Of a DNA stretch of 64,000 nt, positions 29,583 to 39,764 are shown in pieces; within the stretch, counting starts at the first letter, position 1, and every line of letters starts with the position of its first letter. The translations under genes were made by a program, and so were the position numbers. The notes below the pieces were generated by a model. That model saw only the letters and a program-made list of their open reading frames with translations. It was not told the DNA's origin and ran no database searches. Source of the DNA: Candidatus Vogelbacteria bacterium (GTDB taxonomy: Bacteria > Patescibacteriota > Minisyncoccia > Phycocordibacterales > XYD1-FULL-46-19); assembly GCA_903864935.1 (NCBI GenBank), contig CAIPHT010000005.1:9867-73866 (forward strand), written 5' to 3'.

Positions 29583-30812
29583 ATGACAATGATTAACTTT
29601 TCCTATCGAGCAAAAAAAGAGGATAACGAAGAGGTTGTTGGGGAGCGACAGTCTACTGATCGCTTTGCTTTGGCTCGCGAATTGCGGAGTGAAGGCCTAA
29701 CAGTTATTTCGGTTAATGAGATAAGGGCTAATCGAGGGTTTAATCTTCTTTCCAGTTTTAATATCTTTGGGCACCGAGTTAAGTTAAAAGATAAAATTAT
29801 TTTTGCCAGTAACTTAAGTGCGATGTTATCAGCGGGCCTCTCTTTGTCGCGAGCGCTCACCGTTCTTTCTAAACAGACTAACAGCAAACATTTCAAAGAA
29901 ATTATTGATCAAGTCGGTCAGAAGATAAATAAGGGTGATAGTTTTAGTCGTGCCCTCTCATCTTATCCTAAGGTTTTTCCTGAAGTCTTTGTGGCAATGG
30001 TGGAGGCAGCCGAGGAGTCAGGTAAGCTGGCTGAGGCTCTTAAATTAATTGCTGAACAATTGGATAAGAGTTATGGTCTTAGGCGCAAGATTATGGGGGC
30101 GCTTATTTACCCGGCGGTTATTGTGGTGGCGATTGTGGTAATTGGAATTTTAATGATGGTCTTCTTAATCCCAACCTTGTCGGCCACCTTCCGTGAGCTT
30201 AATGTTCCCTTACCAATAACAACGAAGTTGGTCATTGGGCTGTCTGATTTTCTCGTTAATAACCTTTTGCTGGTTGTTGGTCTAATTTTTGCCGTGGTTG
30301 TTTCGACAGTGATTACTTTGCGCTCGACTTGGGGGCAAAGGTATGCCTCGTTGGTCTTTTTGCATGTCCCCTTTATTAATAATCTGACTCGTCAGTCTAA
30401 TTCGGCCACTGTTTTGCGAACAATTTCTTCGCTTATTGCGGCTGGTGTCAGTATGACCGAGACAATTGAGATCACAGCACGCGTTGTTCAGAATCATTAT
30501 TACCGTGAAGTTTTAATTGAGGCTTACGATAAAGTGCAGAAAGGTTTCTCTCTCTCTGCTGTTTTTGCCGCCCATCAAAATCTTTTCCCTATTTTTGCTA
30601 GCGAAATGGCCGCCGTGGGTGAAGAGACAGGGCAATTGCCCGAACTTCTGCTCAAAGGGGCCCTTTTCTTCGAAGATGAGGTTGATCAGGTAACGAAGAA
30701 CTTGTCGACAGTTATTGAACCAGTCTTGATGATTGTCATTGGTGTGGCGGTCGGCTTTTTTGCCATCTCGATGATTGGCCCAATGTATTCTCTTTCCAAT
30801 GCTATTAAATAA
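29583..30812 (+). CDS. pilC: type IV pilus platform protein (PilC/GspF)
   Basis: EESGKL, ALIYP, GEETGQL, VIEP. Confidence 0.92.
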   Translation: MTMINFSYRAKKEDNEEVVGERQSTDRFALARELRSEGLTVISVNEIRANRGFNLLSSFNIFGHRVKLKDKIIFASNLSAMLSAGLSLSRALTVLSKQTNSKHFKEIIDQVGQKINKGDSFSRALSSYPKVFPEVFVAMVEAAEESGKLAEALKLIAEQLDKSYGLRRKIMGALIYPAVIVVAIVVIGILMMVFLIPTLSATFRELNVPLPITTKLVIGLSDFLVNNLLLVVGLIFAVVVSTVITLRSTWGQRYASLVFLHVPFINNLTRQSNSATVLRTISSLIAAGVSMTETIEITARVVQNHYYREVLIEAYDKVQKGFSLSAVFAAHQNLFPIFASEMAAVGEETGQLPELLLKGALFFEDEVDQVTKNLSTVIEPVLMIVIGVAVGFFAISMIGPMYSLSNAIK

Positions 30813-32574
30813 TAAGAAAAAGGGTTTCACTCTTATTGAGTCGATGGTCGCGACTGTTATTTTTGCGATGTTGGCGGTGGGGGTTTATCAGGCCCTTGGG
30901 AGCCTGGCGAGCCTTGTCCAGATGTCTAAACTTAAGGCGGCGGCTATTGCTTTGGCCAACGAGCAATTAGAAGTGGCGCGTAATTTGCCATATTCGGATG
31001 TTGGTATTGCTGGTGGTTGGCCCGTGGGGAAGATCCCTTACCAGAAGACAGATGTTAGGAGTGGGGCTAATTTTATTGTGACAACTACGGTTCGCGAAAT
31101 TGACGACCCTTTTGACGGGGTAATTGGCAGTTCGACGAAGAACGATCTTAACCCGGGCGATTACAAACTTGTCGCGGTGGAGATTACTTGTCCAACTTGT
31201 CTCCACTACTCGCCCTTAACCTTGACGGCTCAGGTGGCTCCGAAGAATTTAGAGACGAGTTCGGGTAACGGCGCTCTCTTTGTTCAGGTTATTGATGCCA
31301 ATGGTCAGGCGGTAGTGGATGCTGATGTTAAGGTGACGAGGGTTGTTGGTACGACCACGATGGTTATTCGAGATTCAACCAACAATGTTGGACTTTTGCA
31401 GTTGGTGGATTTGCCAACGGGAAATCTCGCTTATCGAGTTGAGGTGAGTAAGACCGGCTACTCGTCTGATCGAACTTATGCTGCGGGCGAGAATGGTCTG
31501 ACCAAACCAGCTAAGCCTAATGCCACGGTTCTGGCTGGGCAATTAACCCGTTTGACTTTGGTGATTGATAAACTTAGCAATTTGCAGGTTAAGACCATTG
31601 ACCAGTATTGTCAGCCCGCTGGACCCTTCTCCTTCCGTTTACAGGGGAGCAAATATATGGACGCTGATAATACTATCTTGCGCTATAGCCAGAACCTAAC
31701 CGTCCCTGTTGCCGGCCTTCTCAATCTTATTAATATGGAGTGGGATACTTATAAATTTACTCCCAATGATAGTGCTTGGGCGATTGTCGGGTCTTTTCCC
31801 TTGCAATCAGTACTCTTACCTCCAGGGGTGACGAGTGAGGTTAAGTTGCTCCTGGCCCCGCCGTCTGGCCGTGGACTCTTGGTGTCGGTGAAGGATGGCT
31901 CAACTCGTCTTCCTTTGTCTGATGTTACGGTCACTCTTAGTAAGGTGGGGGAGACAAGCAAGTCGCAAGGCACAAGCCGAGGCTTCTTCAGAGATACCGA
32001 CTGGTCTCTCGGCAGTGGGACAACTGATGGCAATATCGAAATTAATAATCCGGCCGGTGATATAAAATTAAAAAATACTCTCGGTCTCTACGCCAGTAGC
32101 GGTTATTTGATTTCTCGAGTTTTTGATGCAGGGACCGCCTCGACAACTTTTTATAATTTGAATTGGCAACCGGCTGATCAAGCCTCATCAACGGGCTCGG
32201 GTAGCGTTCGCCTTCAACTGGCTTCAAGCAATGATCCGGCAACTACAACTTGGAATTTTGCTGGTCCGGATGGAACAGCAAGCACCTTCTACACTGTCTC
32301 GGGCAGCAATATAAATGTTCAACATAATAACAAGCGCTATCTGCGCTATAAAATTTTCTTAGCTACGACGAACCGTAGTTTCACCCCTAATATCTCAGAA
32401 ATTACGGTTACCTATAGTTCCGAATGTTTACCTTTTGGCCAGGTCTTCTTTTCCGATTTAAGTCTTGGGACTTATAATTTACTAACTCAAAAGACGGGCT
32501 ACCAAGCTTATAATGGTTCGGTAACAATGAGCAGCAATTGGCAGATTTTAGAGATAACTCTTAATCCGCAATAA
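30799..32574 (+). CDS. large prepilin-type protein
   Basis: KKGFTLIE class III signal peptide; start likely 30799. Confidence 0.85.
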   Translation: MLLNNKKKGFTLIESMVATVIFAMLAVGVYQALGSLASLVQMSKLKAAAIALANEQLEVARNLPYSDVGIAGGWPVGKIPYQKTDVRSGANFIVTTTVREIDDPFDGVIGSSTKNDLNPGDYKLVAVEITCPTCLHYSPLTLTAQVAPKNLETSSGNGALFVQVIDANGQAVVDADVKVTRVVGTTTMVIRDSTNNVGLLQLVDLPTGNLAYRVEVSKTGYSSDRTYAAGENGLTKPAKPNATVLAGQLTRLTLVIDKLSNLQVKTIDQYCQPAGPFSFRLQGSKYMDADNTILRYSQNLTVPVAGLLNLINMEWDTYKFTPNDSAWAIVGSFPLQSVLLPPGVTSEVKLLLAPPSGRGLLVSVKDGSTRLPLSDVTVTLSKVGETSKSQGTSRGFFRDTDWSLGSGTTDGNIEINNPAGDIKLKNTLGLYASSGYLISRVFDAGTASTTFYNLNWQPADQASSTGSGSVRLQLASSNDPATTTWNFAGPDGTASTFYTVSGSNINVQHNNKRYLRYKIFLATTNRSFTPNISEITVTYSSECLPFGQVFFSDLSLGTYNLLTQKTGYQAYNGSVTMSSNWQILEITLNPQ

Positions 32575-32578
32575 TAAA

Positions 32579-33184
32579 ATGATTAAAAAAGGTTTTACTC
32601 TTATCGAAATATTAGTTGTTGTTGGCATTTGTGCTGTCGTGGGCTTAGCTGTCTCCAACTTTGGGCGAGATATTTTTGTGCAGAATTATGTTGTGTCCAA
32701 ATCGCTGGTGGCACAAAGTGATGCCAATATGGCGATTTCTCGCATGATGACCGAGCTTCGTCGGGCTCAGCCAGCTTCGAATGGGGCTTACCCAATAGAG
32801 GCGGCGGCTTCCTCGACCATTACATTTTATAGTGACGTTGATAATAATGGCATAAGAGACAGAATCCGTTATTGGCTTGAGGGTAAGGTTTTGAAGCGAG
32901 GGGTTATACGCCCGACAGGTCAACCCTACGTTTATCTTCAAAGTAATGAGAGCATCGGGACAGCCGCTAACGATCTTGTTAACTCAAACGGTTTAATTTT
33001 TAGTTACTATGACAAGAATTATGACGGCACCGCTTCGAGTTCGCCCCTTTCTTATCCGATTGACCTCAAGGCCGTACGTTTGATTAAAGTTGAATTATTA
33101 ATTGATGCCAACCCGACTCGTTCACCGGCTCCGCTCTACTTGAGTAGTCAAGTGATGCTTCGTAATTTGAAAGATAATTTATGA
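32579..33184 (+). CDS. prepilin-type minor pilin
   Basis: KKGFTLIEILVV. Confidence 0.88.
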   Translation: MIKKGFTLIEILVVVGICAVVGLAVSNFGRDIFVQNYVVSKSLVAQSDANMAISRMMTELRRAQPASNGAYPIEAAASSTITFYSDVDNNGIRDRIRYWLEGKVLKRGVIRPTGQPYVYLQSNESIGTAANDLVNSNGLIFSYYDKNYDGTASSSPLSYPIDLKAVRLIKVELLIDANPTRSPAPLYLSSQVMLRNLKDNL

Positions 33185-34599
33185 GATTAAAGACTTTAAA
33201 TTCTGGCTACTTATTAATCCAAGTTCTCGTTTTTGGAGCCATTGGAGTGGTTATTATTACGGGTCTTCTTGGTTGGGCCGGGACAAGTCTGCGTTACTCC
33301 AAACTTCTTAATTCTCGAGAACAAGCCTTAGCCATTGCCGAGTCTGGCCTTGATTATTATCGTTGGCACTTGGCCCATGCTACCAAAGACTTCCAAGATG
33401 GCACGGGGCGTGTGGGTCCTTATGTCCACTCTTTTGCGGATAAGGACGGTAATGTTATTGGTCAATTCACTCTTACAATTACACCGCCAATTGTCGGCTC
33501 GACGATTGTTACAATTGTTTCTAAAGGAGAAGTTTTTGACGGGTCCAAGGCGGTACGAACCTTAGAAAGTAAATTAGCAATACCTTCTCTCGCGAAGTAT
33601 GCGATGGTGGCTAATACCGATATGCGTTTTGGTGAGGGGACCGAAGTCTTTGGCCCCGTTCATTCCAATGGTGGTATCCGTTTTGACGGCTTGGCTCATA
33701 ATTTGGTCACTAGTGCCCGAGCGACCTACTCTGACCCGGATCATGTTGGTGCCGATGAATACGCTGTTCATACTCACTTGGGAACGGTTGATCCACTCCC
33801 TAATGCTACTTTGCCAGCACGAACAGATGTCTTTATGGCGGGGAGGCAGTCTCCCGTGCCAGCGGTAGATTTCGTTGGCTTGTCGGCCGATTTGGCCACA
33901 ATTAAGGCCAGTGCCAACACCTCGAGCGGTAAGTACCTTGCCAATTCTGGGTCGCAGGGTTATCACTTAATTTTAAAAACCAACGATACCTTTGATGTTT
34001 ATAAAGTTACTTCGATCATCTCTACTCCTAGGAACTGTGATGACCCTGGTAACCAGGATGATTGGGGAACCTGGAGCATCAACAAAGAGACCTATGTGAC
34101 TAATTACCCTTTCCCATCCAATGGTTTGATTTTTGTTGAGGATAATGTCTGGGTCTCGGGACAAATCAATACGGCGCGAATTACAATTGCCTCGGCCCGT
34201 TTCCCTGAGAGTACCAACACCAACACTAGCATTACTATTAATAGTGACCTTAAATATACAAACTTCGATGGGCAAGATGTGATCTCGCTCGTGGCTCAAG
34301 ATAATATTAATGTTGGAGAATATAGTGATGATGACTTGGAGATTGACGGGGCCCTCGTGGCTAAGGGTGGGCGAGTTGGTCGTTATTACTATGAAAGTGC
34401 TTGTGATAATGCTGATCGACACAGCCTTACCCTCTTTGGTATGATTGCCACTAAAGAACGTTACGGTTTTGCTTATACTGATGGTCGTGGCTATGATATC
34501 CGCAATATCACCTATGATGGCAACCTCTTGTATGGTCCGCCGCCATCCTTCCCTCTGACTTCTGACCAGTATCAAACAATTTCTTGGCGAGAAATTTAA
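33181..34599 (+). CDS. PilX-like minor pilin
   Basis: SGYLLIQVLV lacking Glu5; QALAIAESG motif. Confidence 0.78.
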   Translation: MRLKTLNSGYLLIQVLVFGAIGVVIITGLLGWAGTSLRYSKLLNSREQALAIAESGLDYYRWHLAHATKDFQDGTGRVGPYVHSFADKDGNVIGQFTLTITPPIVGSTIVTIVSKGEVFDGSKAVRTLESKLAIPSLAKYAMVANTDMRFGEGTEVFGPVHSNGGIRFDGLAHNLVTSARATYSDPDHVGADEYAVHTHLGTVDPLPNATLPARTDVFMAGRQSPVPAVDFVGLSADLATIKASANTSSGKYLANSGSQGYHLILKTNDTFDVYKVTSIISTPRNCDDPGNQDDWGTWSINKETYVTNYPFPSNGLIFVEDNVWVSGQINTARITIASARFPESTNTNTSITINSDLKYTNFDGQDVISLVAQDNINVGEYSDDDLEIDGALVAKGGRVGRYYYESACDNADRHSLTLFGMIATKERYGFAYTDGRGYDIRNITYDGNLLYGPPPSFPLTSDQYQTISWREI

Positions 34600-34667
34600 T
34601 TCAAAAATAGTAATGGCCCGCGCAACGGATATTGCGCGGGCCATTGTTTGACCGGGGGAGAAGGCCA

Positions 34668-34895
34668 TTATCTCAGAGTCTTCTGGGGTTCGATGAAGAG
34701 TCCTTGTTCCACGAAGGGGCAGACACCCTTGGCCTTTATTTCCGTGCAGCCACTCTGGTGAAGCTCCCCGTTTGGTTCGCCATCTGTCAACCAGGTGCAC
34801 CCTCTTAGTTTTTCGACTCCGTCCACAGTCTCAAAGTTGACCTTGTGACCAGCGTTGTGGTCACAATCTCTGCGCGTCTTCTTGTTCATGGCCAT
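34668..34895 (-). CDS. small Cys/His-containing hypothetical protein
   Basis: AAAGGAG RBS; 4 Cys. Confidence 0.55.
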   Translation of the reverse strand: MAMNKKTRRDCDHNAGHKVNFETVDGVEKLRGCTWLTDGEPNGELHQSGCTEIKAKGVCPFVEQGLFIEPQKTLR

Positions 34896-34930
34896 GACTC
34901 CTTTGTTGTCTGAAAGAACAATTTTGACTT

Positions 34931-35093
34931 AAACGAAAACGATCCGCCTACAGGGCGGATCGTCTGATTTCGTGAAGTCTTTGATTACACGAATAAACTT
35001 TCCGCCTGAGGCAGACAGTAGCTAAACCAGAAGCTAAAGTTTATTCGATTAATCATACTATATTTAGTCTAACTTATATATGTAAAAAGGCAA
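34931..35093 (-). promoter_or_regulatory. attenuator-like leader (promoter, 23-aa leader ORF 35056-34985, terminator)
   Basis: TTGCCT-16 nt-TAGACT; MINRINFSFWFSYCLPQAESLFV*; terminator ACGATCCGCC-CTGTA-GGCGGATCGT-TTTCGTTT. Confidence 0.5.
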
Positions 35094-35138
35094 GACGGAC
35101 TGTTTATGTCTATTAAAATAAAATTGCAATATCATATA

Positions 35139-35174
35139 TGGTAACATTTTTTACAATTGTAAAAAATGTTACCA
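35139..35174. repeat. 36-bp perfect palindrome, left flank of the PaaX/Cas2-like gene
   Basis: TGGTAACATTTTTTACAATTGTAAAAAATGTTACCA. Confidence 0.92.
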
Positions 35175-35194
35175 ATTTGGAAGGTTAAAGAAAA

Positions 35195-35713
35195 TTAAAC
35201 AATTTCTTTCTCTTTGACCTCAAAAAATTTGAGGTGGGGGAGAAGGTCCATTGTTTTTAGATGCTCAATAAATTCCTTGGGTAGGGGAGCGGGTCCAAGC
35301 CAAACGCTTTTTTGTAGTAGCTTAAATCCGAGCCCAACCAGTTCTACTCTTAGCCAGTAACGACTTCTTTTCTTGTCTTCTGGGATATCGAAAGCAATGA
35401 TAACTTTTTTGTCCGTTTTGTTCCCTTTAATTGGTGTAGTGTGATTTTTGTATAATTTTTGGCTCTTAAATTTTCTTAGCCCTTCAATTGTCAGACTCCA
35501 ATTTTGCCCATTTTCTTTAAGTAGCCCGTTTTCCTTGAGACGATATAGTGTTGATTTTAATACTTTTTCTTGGGCATATTTCGCTCTTCTTTGCGTTGAT
35601 ACTTTTTCCATCTCCTCTTCTATTCGAGGATCTCCCATCATGTGTAACCGCAAATTACGGTAATTACCTGGATGATTAGATAAAAAGAGAAATATTTGGT
35701 CGGTTAGTTTCAT
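35195..35713 (-). CDS. PaaX-like protein (wHTH plus Cas2-like domain)
   Basis: STLYRLKENGLL...WSLTIEG; IIAFDIPE...R.WLR..L..LGFKLLQKSVW. Confidence 0.8.
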   Translation of the reverse strand: MKLTDQIFLFLSNHPGNYRNLRLHMMGDPRIEEEMEKVSTQRRAKYAQEKVLKSTLYRLKENGLLKENGQNWSLTIEGLRKFKSQKLYKNHTTPIKGNKTDKKVIIAFDIPEDKKRSRYWLRVELVGLGFKLLQKSVWLGPAPLPKEFIEHLKTMDLLPHLKFFEVKEKEIV

Positions 35714-35735
35714 TATTATTATCTATTTTAACAAA

Positions 35736-35771
35736 TGGTAACATTTTTTACAATCGTAAAAAATGTTACCA
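35736..35771. repeat. 36-bp palindrome, right flank of the PaaX/Cas2-like gene
   Basis: TGGTAACATTTTTTACAATCGTAAAAAATGTTACCA, one mismatch to the left copy. Confidence 0.92.
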
Positions 35772-35834
35772 GAAAAACAACTTTTTAATAACGGCTCTTT
35801 TTTGTTTATTTTTGTTTTGGTCTATAATAACCCT

Positions 35835-36602
35835 ATGTCTACAAAAATTATTGCTGGGAACTGGAAGATGAATCCGGTGACCCTTAAGGACGTTAAGTCC
35901 ACTTTTGCGGGAATTAAGCGTTCGGTGAGTAAGGTTCGTGGGGTCTCGGTGCTTATTTGCCCACCTTTTATCTATTTACCAGAACTTAAGAAAATGGCGA
36001 TGGGGGGCAAGGTTGAAGTTGGAGCTCAGGACGTGAGCGACAAGGACCAAGGCGCGCAGACGGGGAGTGTCTCGGCTTATATGGTGCGAGACCTTGGCGT
36101 TAAGAGCACAATTATCGGTCACTCCGAGCGACGAGCGGGTGGTGATACCGACGAGATTGTGAACCAGAAGGTCCTGACCGCCCTAACCGCGGGTCTTAAG
36201 GTCATACTCTGTATTGGTGAGAAGGTCCGCGATGAGAAGGGGCAATATCTTGAAGCTTTGCAGAAGCAGCTCGAGAAGGCCCTAGCTGGCTTCCCTGTAA
36301 AATTAGCTGACCGCTTGATTGTCGCCTATGAGCCGGTTTGGGCGATTGGCAAGAATGCGACAGGTGTTGAGACCCCCGACGGCTTTCTTCATAATAAAAT
36401 TTTTATCCGCAAGGTTCTCTCGGGCATACTCGGCAAGAAGAAGGCCCTCGCCGTGCCAGTTCTTTATGGCGGTTCGGCGAATGCCCAAAACGCTGGTGAT
36501 TTTCTTGGTGCCGGTCAGGCCGATGGTCTCTTGGTGGGCCGCGATTCCTTGAATCCTAAGAATTTTGCCGAGATTATTAAGATTGCCTCATTGTCTAAAT
36601 AG
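35835..36602 (+). CDS. tpiA: triosephosphate isomerase
   Basis: IAGNWKMN, IIGHSERR, AYEPVWAIG, LYGGS; start at ATG 35835. Confidence 0.96.
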   Translation: MSTKIIAGNWKMNPVTLKDVKSTFAGIKRSVSKVRGVSVLICPPFIYLPELKKMAMGGKVEVGAQDVSDKDQGAQTGSVSAYMVRDLGVKSTIIGHSERRAGGDTDEIVNQKVLTALTAGLKVILCIGEKVRDEKGQYLEALQKQLEKALAGFPVKLADRLIVAYEPVWAIGKNATGVETPDGFLHNKIFIRKVLSGILGKKKALAVPVLYGGSANAQNAGDFLGAGQADGLLVGRDSLNPKNFAEIIKIASLSK

Positions 36603-36605
36603 ATT

Positions 36606-37676
36606 ATGAAATTCCTTAATCAATTAAAAAAGAAAGATCTCCTAAATAAGAAAGTTCTTGTTCGTGTCGATTATAATGCTCCGATTAAGGCTGGTAAAAT
36701 CACCGAGACAACAAGAATTGATGAGAGTTTGCTGACCATTAATTATCTCTTAGAGAAGGGAGCAAGGGTAATCTTGGTTAGCCATATGGGAAACGATGGG
36801 AGCAAGAGTTTGGCTCCAGTCGCGAAGTATCTTGGAAAATTCTTTGGTGTTCAGTTGGTTAAAAAAATAAATGATCCCAAGCTTGAGAGTTATTTGTTGT
36901 CAGGCCAAATTGTTCTCTTAGAGAATATCCGTCAATATGAAGGAGAGAAAAAGAATGATCCCGCTTTTGCAAAGCAATTAGCCGGTCTTGCCGATATTTA
37001 TATTAACGATGCCTTCTCGGTTTCGCATCGGGCTCACGCCTCCGTCTCGGCCATTACTAAGTACTTGCCAAGTTATGCCGGCCTACTCTTTGCTAAAGAA
37101 TTTAAAAATTTAAGTTTGGCCCTTAAGCCTAGACAGCCTCTCACGGTAATTTTGGGCGGTATCAAATTCGAGACCAAGATTCCGCTCATTAAGAAATTTT
37201 TGAAGACGGCTGACCAAATTTTTATCGTTGGTGCTTTTGCCAATTCCTTTATGAAGGCGATGGGTTGTGATATTGGTGCTTCGATTGCCGATGATGATGT
37301 GAGTTATATTAAGCCGTTCTTGAAAAATAAAAAAATTGTAGTGCCATCAGATGTGGTGACTAATAAAAAAGACCAGATTGTTGATATTGGCAAAGATACT
37401 CTAGAGGTTATTGAAGAGGCTGTGAAGAAATCTAAGATGATAATCTGGAATGGTCCCGCGGGTTGGTTTGAGGTTGGGGCTAAGAAGGGGACACTAGAGT
37501 TGGCCAAAATAATTGCTGAAGCCAAAGGCTTCTCAATTGTTGGCGGTGGCGATACCTTGGCGGCGATTCATGAACTTAAAATTGATAAAAAATTCAACTT
37601 CGTCTCCACTGCTGGCGGGGCGATGCTCGATTTTCTCTCTTCCGGCACCTTGCCGGGGATCAAAGCATTAAAATAA
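36606..37676 (+). CDS. pgk: phosphoglycerate kinase
   Basis: VRVDYNAP, LLENIR, NDAFSVSHR, WNGP, GGGDT, STAGGA. Confidence 0.96.
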   Translation: MKFLNQLKKKDLLNKKVLVRVDYNAPIKAGKITETTRIDESLLTINYLLEKGARVILVSHMGNDGSKSLAPVAKYLGKFFGVQLVKKINDPKLESYLLSGQIVLLENIRQYEGEKKNDPAFAKQLAGLADIYINDAFSVSHRAHASVSAITKYLPSYAGLLFAKEFKNLSLALKPRQPLTVILGGIKFETKIPLIKKFLKTADQIFIVGAFANSFMKAMGCDIGASIADDDVSYIKPFLKNKKIVVPSDVVTNKKDQIVDIGKDTLEVIEEAVKKSKMIIWNGPAGWFEVGAKKGTLELAKIIAEAKGFSIVGGGDTLAAIHELKIDKKFNFVSTAGGAMLDFLSSGTLPGIKALK

Positions 37677-37682
37677 ATTATT

Positions 37683-39236
37683 ATGAAAGAAGGGCAACTA
37701 GATGATTTTAGAAATTTTCGCCAAGCTTCTAAGGAAGTTGGTTATGATGACGACGAACGAAAGCTGATTGCGGTAGAGCCATCTCTAGTCCTAGAGGAAG
37801 CCAGTGATTCTTTGAGAGAAAAAGTGACACCCGAAATAATTTCCTCTTTCTTCGAGGCAATAATGGGTAAAAAAGATATCGACGATAATAATCTTGTTGC
37901 ATTAGGTCGTTTTCTTTATAATTTTCGGCCAGATATTAAAGCGCCGAATATGTTTGAGGAAAAAGATGTTCGGTTGATTAACCTCGGTTGTGTATTACTA
38001 GAAAATTCTTTCTATTCTGGACAGATTTTTAATCTTGATAAAAAGGCTACAGCGGCAATGGCTTTTGTGGTTAATGTTTTGGCTAAAATTTTTGAAAGAG
38101 ACGATTTACCCAGTGGCCTAATCGGCTTCAAAAAGGAGAAGTTGGAGGACTTTGTTACTAGTGTTCGTCAATTTGAGGAAAAAGAACTTTTTCCCGATGG
38201 ACCGGATCCAGAGAGAAAGGCCTCTGCTCGCCGTCGAACGATAGAGGATCTCGATCGAGAAATATTAGACCTTTTGAATCAAGCCAAAGAAACTCTGGCT
38301 AATACTAATTGGGAAGATTATTTTTACTATGAGGCCTCTGACCGACTAATGAAAGATTATGACCTTTTGGCCAGTCAAGGCAAAGATTTTAGGCTTTGGC
38401 TTAATGACATAATACATTTTCGTGACTTTATTGCCCTCCCTTCCTTTCGAGAGAGGTTAATCGGCCAGATTAGAGTTGGAATCAGGGCCCTTGAAGCGGA
38501 AGAAAAAGGAGTGGTTGGTCTAAACCGCCAAATTAACACATCCGAAGACACTTTTTTGTTCCGTCGGGGCTCTATCCACCGTATTGTCCATGAAGATATC
38601 ATGACAGAAGACGAGCGCTATGAGTATGGATGTTCCCCGGATACTTTTGCTGCTCTGTTAAAAAAGATCCAGCAAAAAATAGATCAAACACAAAAAGAGG
38701 AAGGAGGAAAGAAAAAACAAATTATCTCAAGTTTTGCTGAGCTCGGGCAAAATTTGGCGCCGCAGATATTGCCCGAGATTTTAGCTGATCTCCAATCTTT
38801 TGTGGGAGAATATGGAGATGATGTGCTTGGTAGTTTGTTGAAGAAATGTCGAGAGGTGGGCCGTCTGATTGTCCAAAGGGAAAGTCTAAAGAATAAAGAC
38901 AATAATTATCAAATCGCCGAACAACGTCTGCGGCAGGGAATGGACGGCAACTTATCCTCAGCCCTTCTTTATTTGTTAAAAACGTCGCTGATTGTGAAGG
39001 ATATGATTGCCGATGAAGAAGGGAAATGGGATCCAAATAGTTTTGGAGGGAGGGATTTAGCCAGCGGAAGAAAAGGCGAAAGTCTTTATCGTTATTCTGG
39101 TGGCCAGACTCCGGTCCATGACTTTCTTCTCTCAAAGGGTGACTCTGGGCCGGCCTATGCGAGGTTACATATACTCCCAGAAGATATTCCTCTTTCCTTC
39201 TGGATCCTGAATTATTTTGACACAAGATCTAAGTAA
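37683..39236 (+). CDS. hypothetical protein
   Basis: 517-aa charged, probably helical ORF with no recognised motif. Confidence 0.7.
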   Translation: MKEGQLDDFRNFRQASKEVGYDDDERKLIAVEPSLVLEEASDSLREKVTPEIISSFFEAIMGKKDIDDNNLVALGRFLYNFRPDIKAPNMFEEKDVRLINLGCVLLENSFYSGQIFNLDKKATAAMAFVVNVLAKIFERDDLPSGLIGFKKEKLEDFVTSVRQFEEKELFPDGPDPERKASARRRTIEDLDREILDLLNQAKETLANTNWEDYFYYEASDRLMKDYDLLASQGKDFRLWLNDIIHFRDFIALPSFRERLIGQIRVGIRALEAEEKGVVGLNRQINTSEDTFLFRRGSIHRIVHEDIMTEDERYEYGCSPDTFAALLKKIQQKIDQTQKEEGGKKKQIISSFAELGQNLAPQILPEILADLQSFVGEYGDDVLGSLLKKCREVGRLIVQRESLKNKDNNYQIAEQRLRQGMDGNLSSALLYLLKTSLIVKDMIADEEGKWDPNSFGGRDLASGRKGESLYRYSGGQTPVHDFLLSKGDSGPAYARLHILPEDIPLSFWILNYFDTRSK

Positions 39237-39259
39237 TCTTTAAAATAATTTTTTTAGAA

Positions 39260-39570
39260 TTACAAAGCCGCCAGAGGTCCTAAGACATGGCGGCAAACGG
39301 GGCCCCTCGAGGGGGCAAAAGCAGTGAGCAACGAAATCCAGACGCATGAACTTCGTTGCCTAATCTAAATAAAAATTGAAAGTTAGGGCACTTTCGTGGC
39401 GTCGTCCGTGGGCCTACTACTCCGAGCGATTCGGAGTGCAACTACGCGAGCTCTCGCAGTTGCTACGGCCTTTCTTTATTTATAGAACAGAGAAGATTGC
39501 TGGGGTGGTCTCATCGCTAACTCGCAATTGGGCGAGCGAGGGGTCAGCAAACTTCTTAGAGGAGCATCTA
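39260..39570 (-). ncRNA. candidate ~310-nt structured ncRNA
   Basis: TTGACA-16 nt-TATACT at 39603-39576, many hairpins, no ORF, terminal hairpin 39267-39294. Confidence 0.5.
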
Positions 39571-39609
39571 AGTTAAGTATATCATAACCACAAAATTTGT
39601 CAAGGATAA

Positions 39610-39764
39610 AAATAGAAACCGCCAGGTCTCGCAATGCGGTGGGACCCCAAGGGGGTGGTCGCGTTACGAAAAACTGGCGGCGGTAGCCGGTGGCATCCGG
39701 CCACGCGGGGAGCATTCAGATAGAGCTTGGGCCCCAATGCCCTTCTTTGTGGCATCCCTCTGCC
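39610..39764 (-). ncRNA. candidate ~150-nt structured ncRNA
   Basis: TTGACG-16 nt-CACACT at 39796-39769 (near-copy of the neighbouring promoter); ends in CCGCCAG/CTGGCGG stem plus T-run. Confidence 0.4.

Noticed and set aside
35139-35771. CRISPR-Cas locus (Cas2-like protein with 36-bp repeats)
   Set aside because: Only two repeats, separated by a whole gene; no spacers, cas1 or effector genes.
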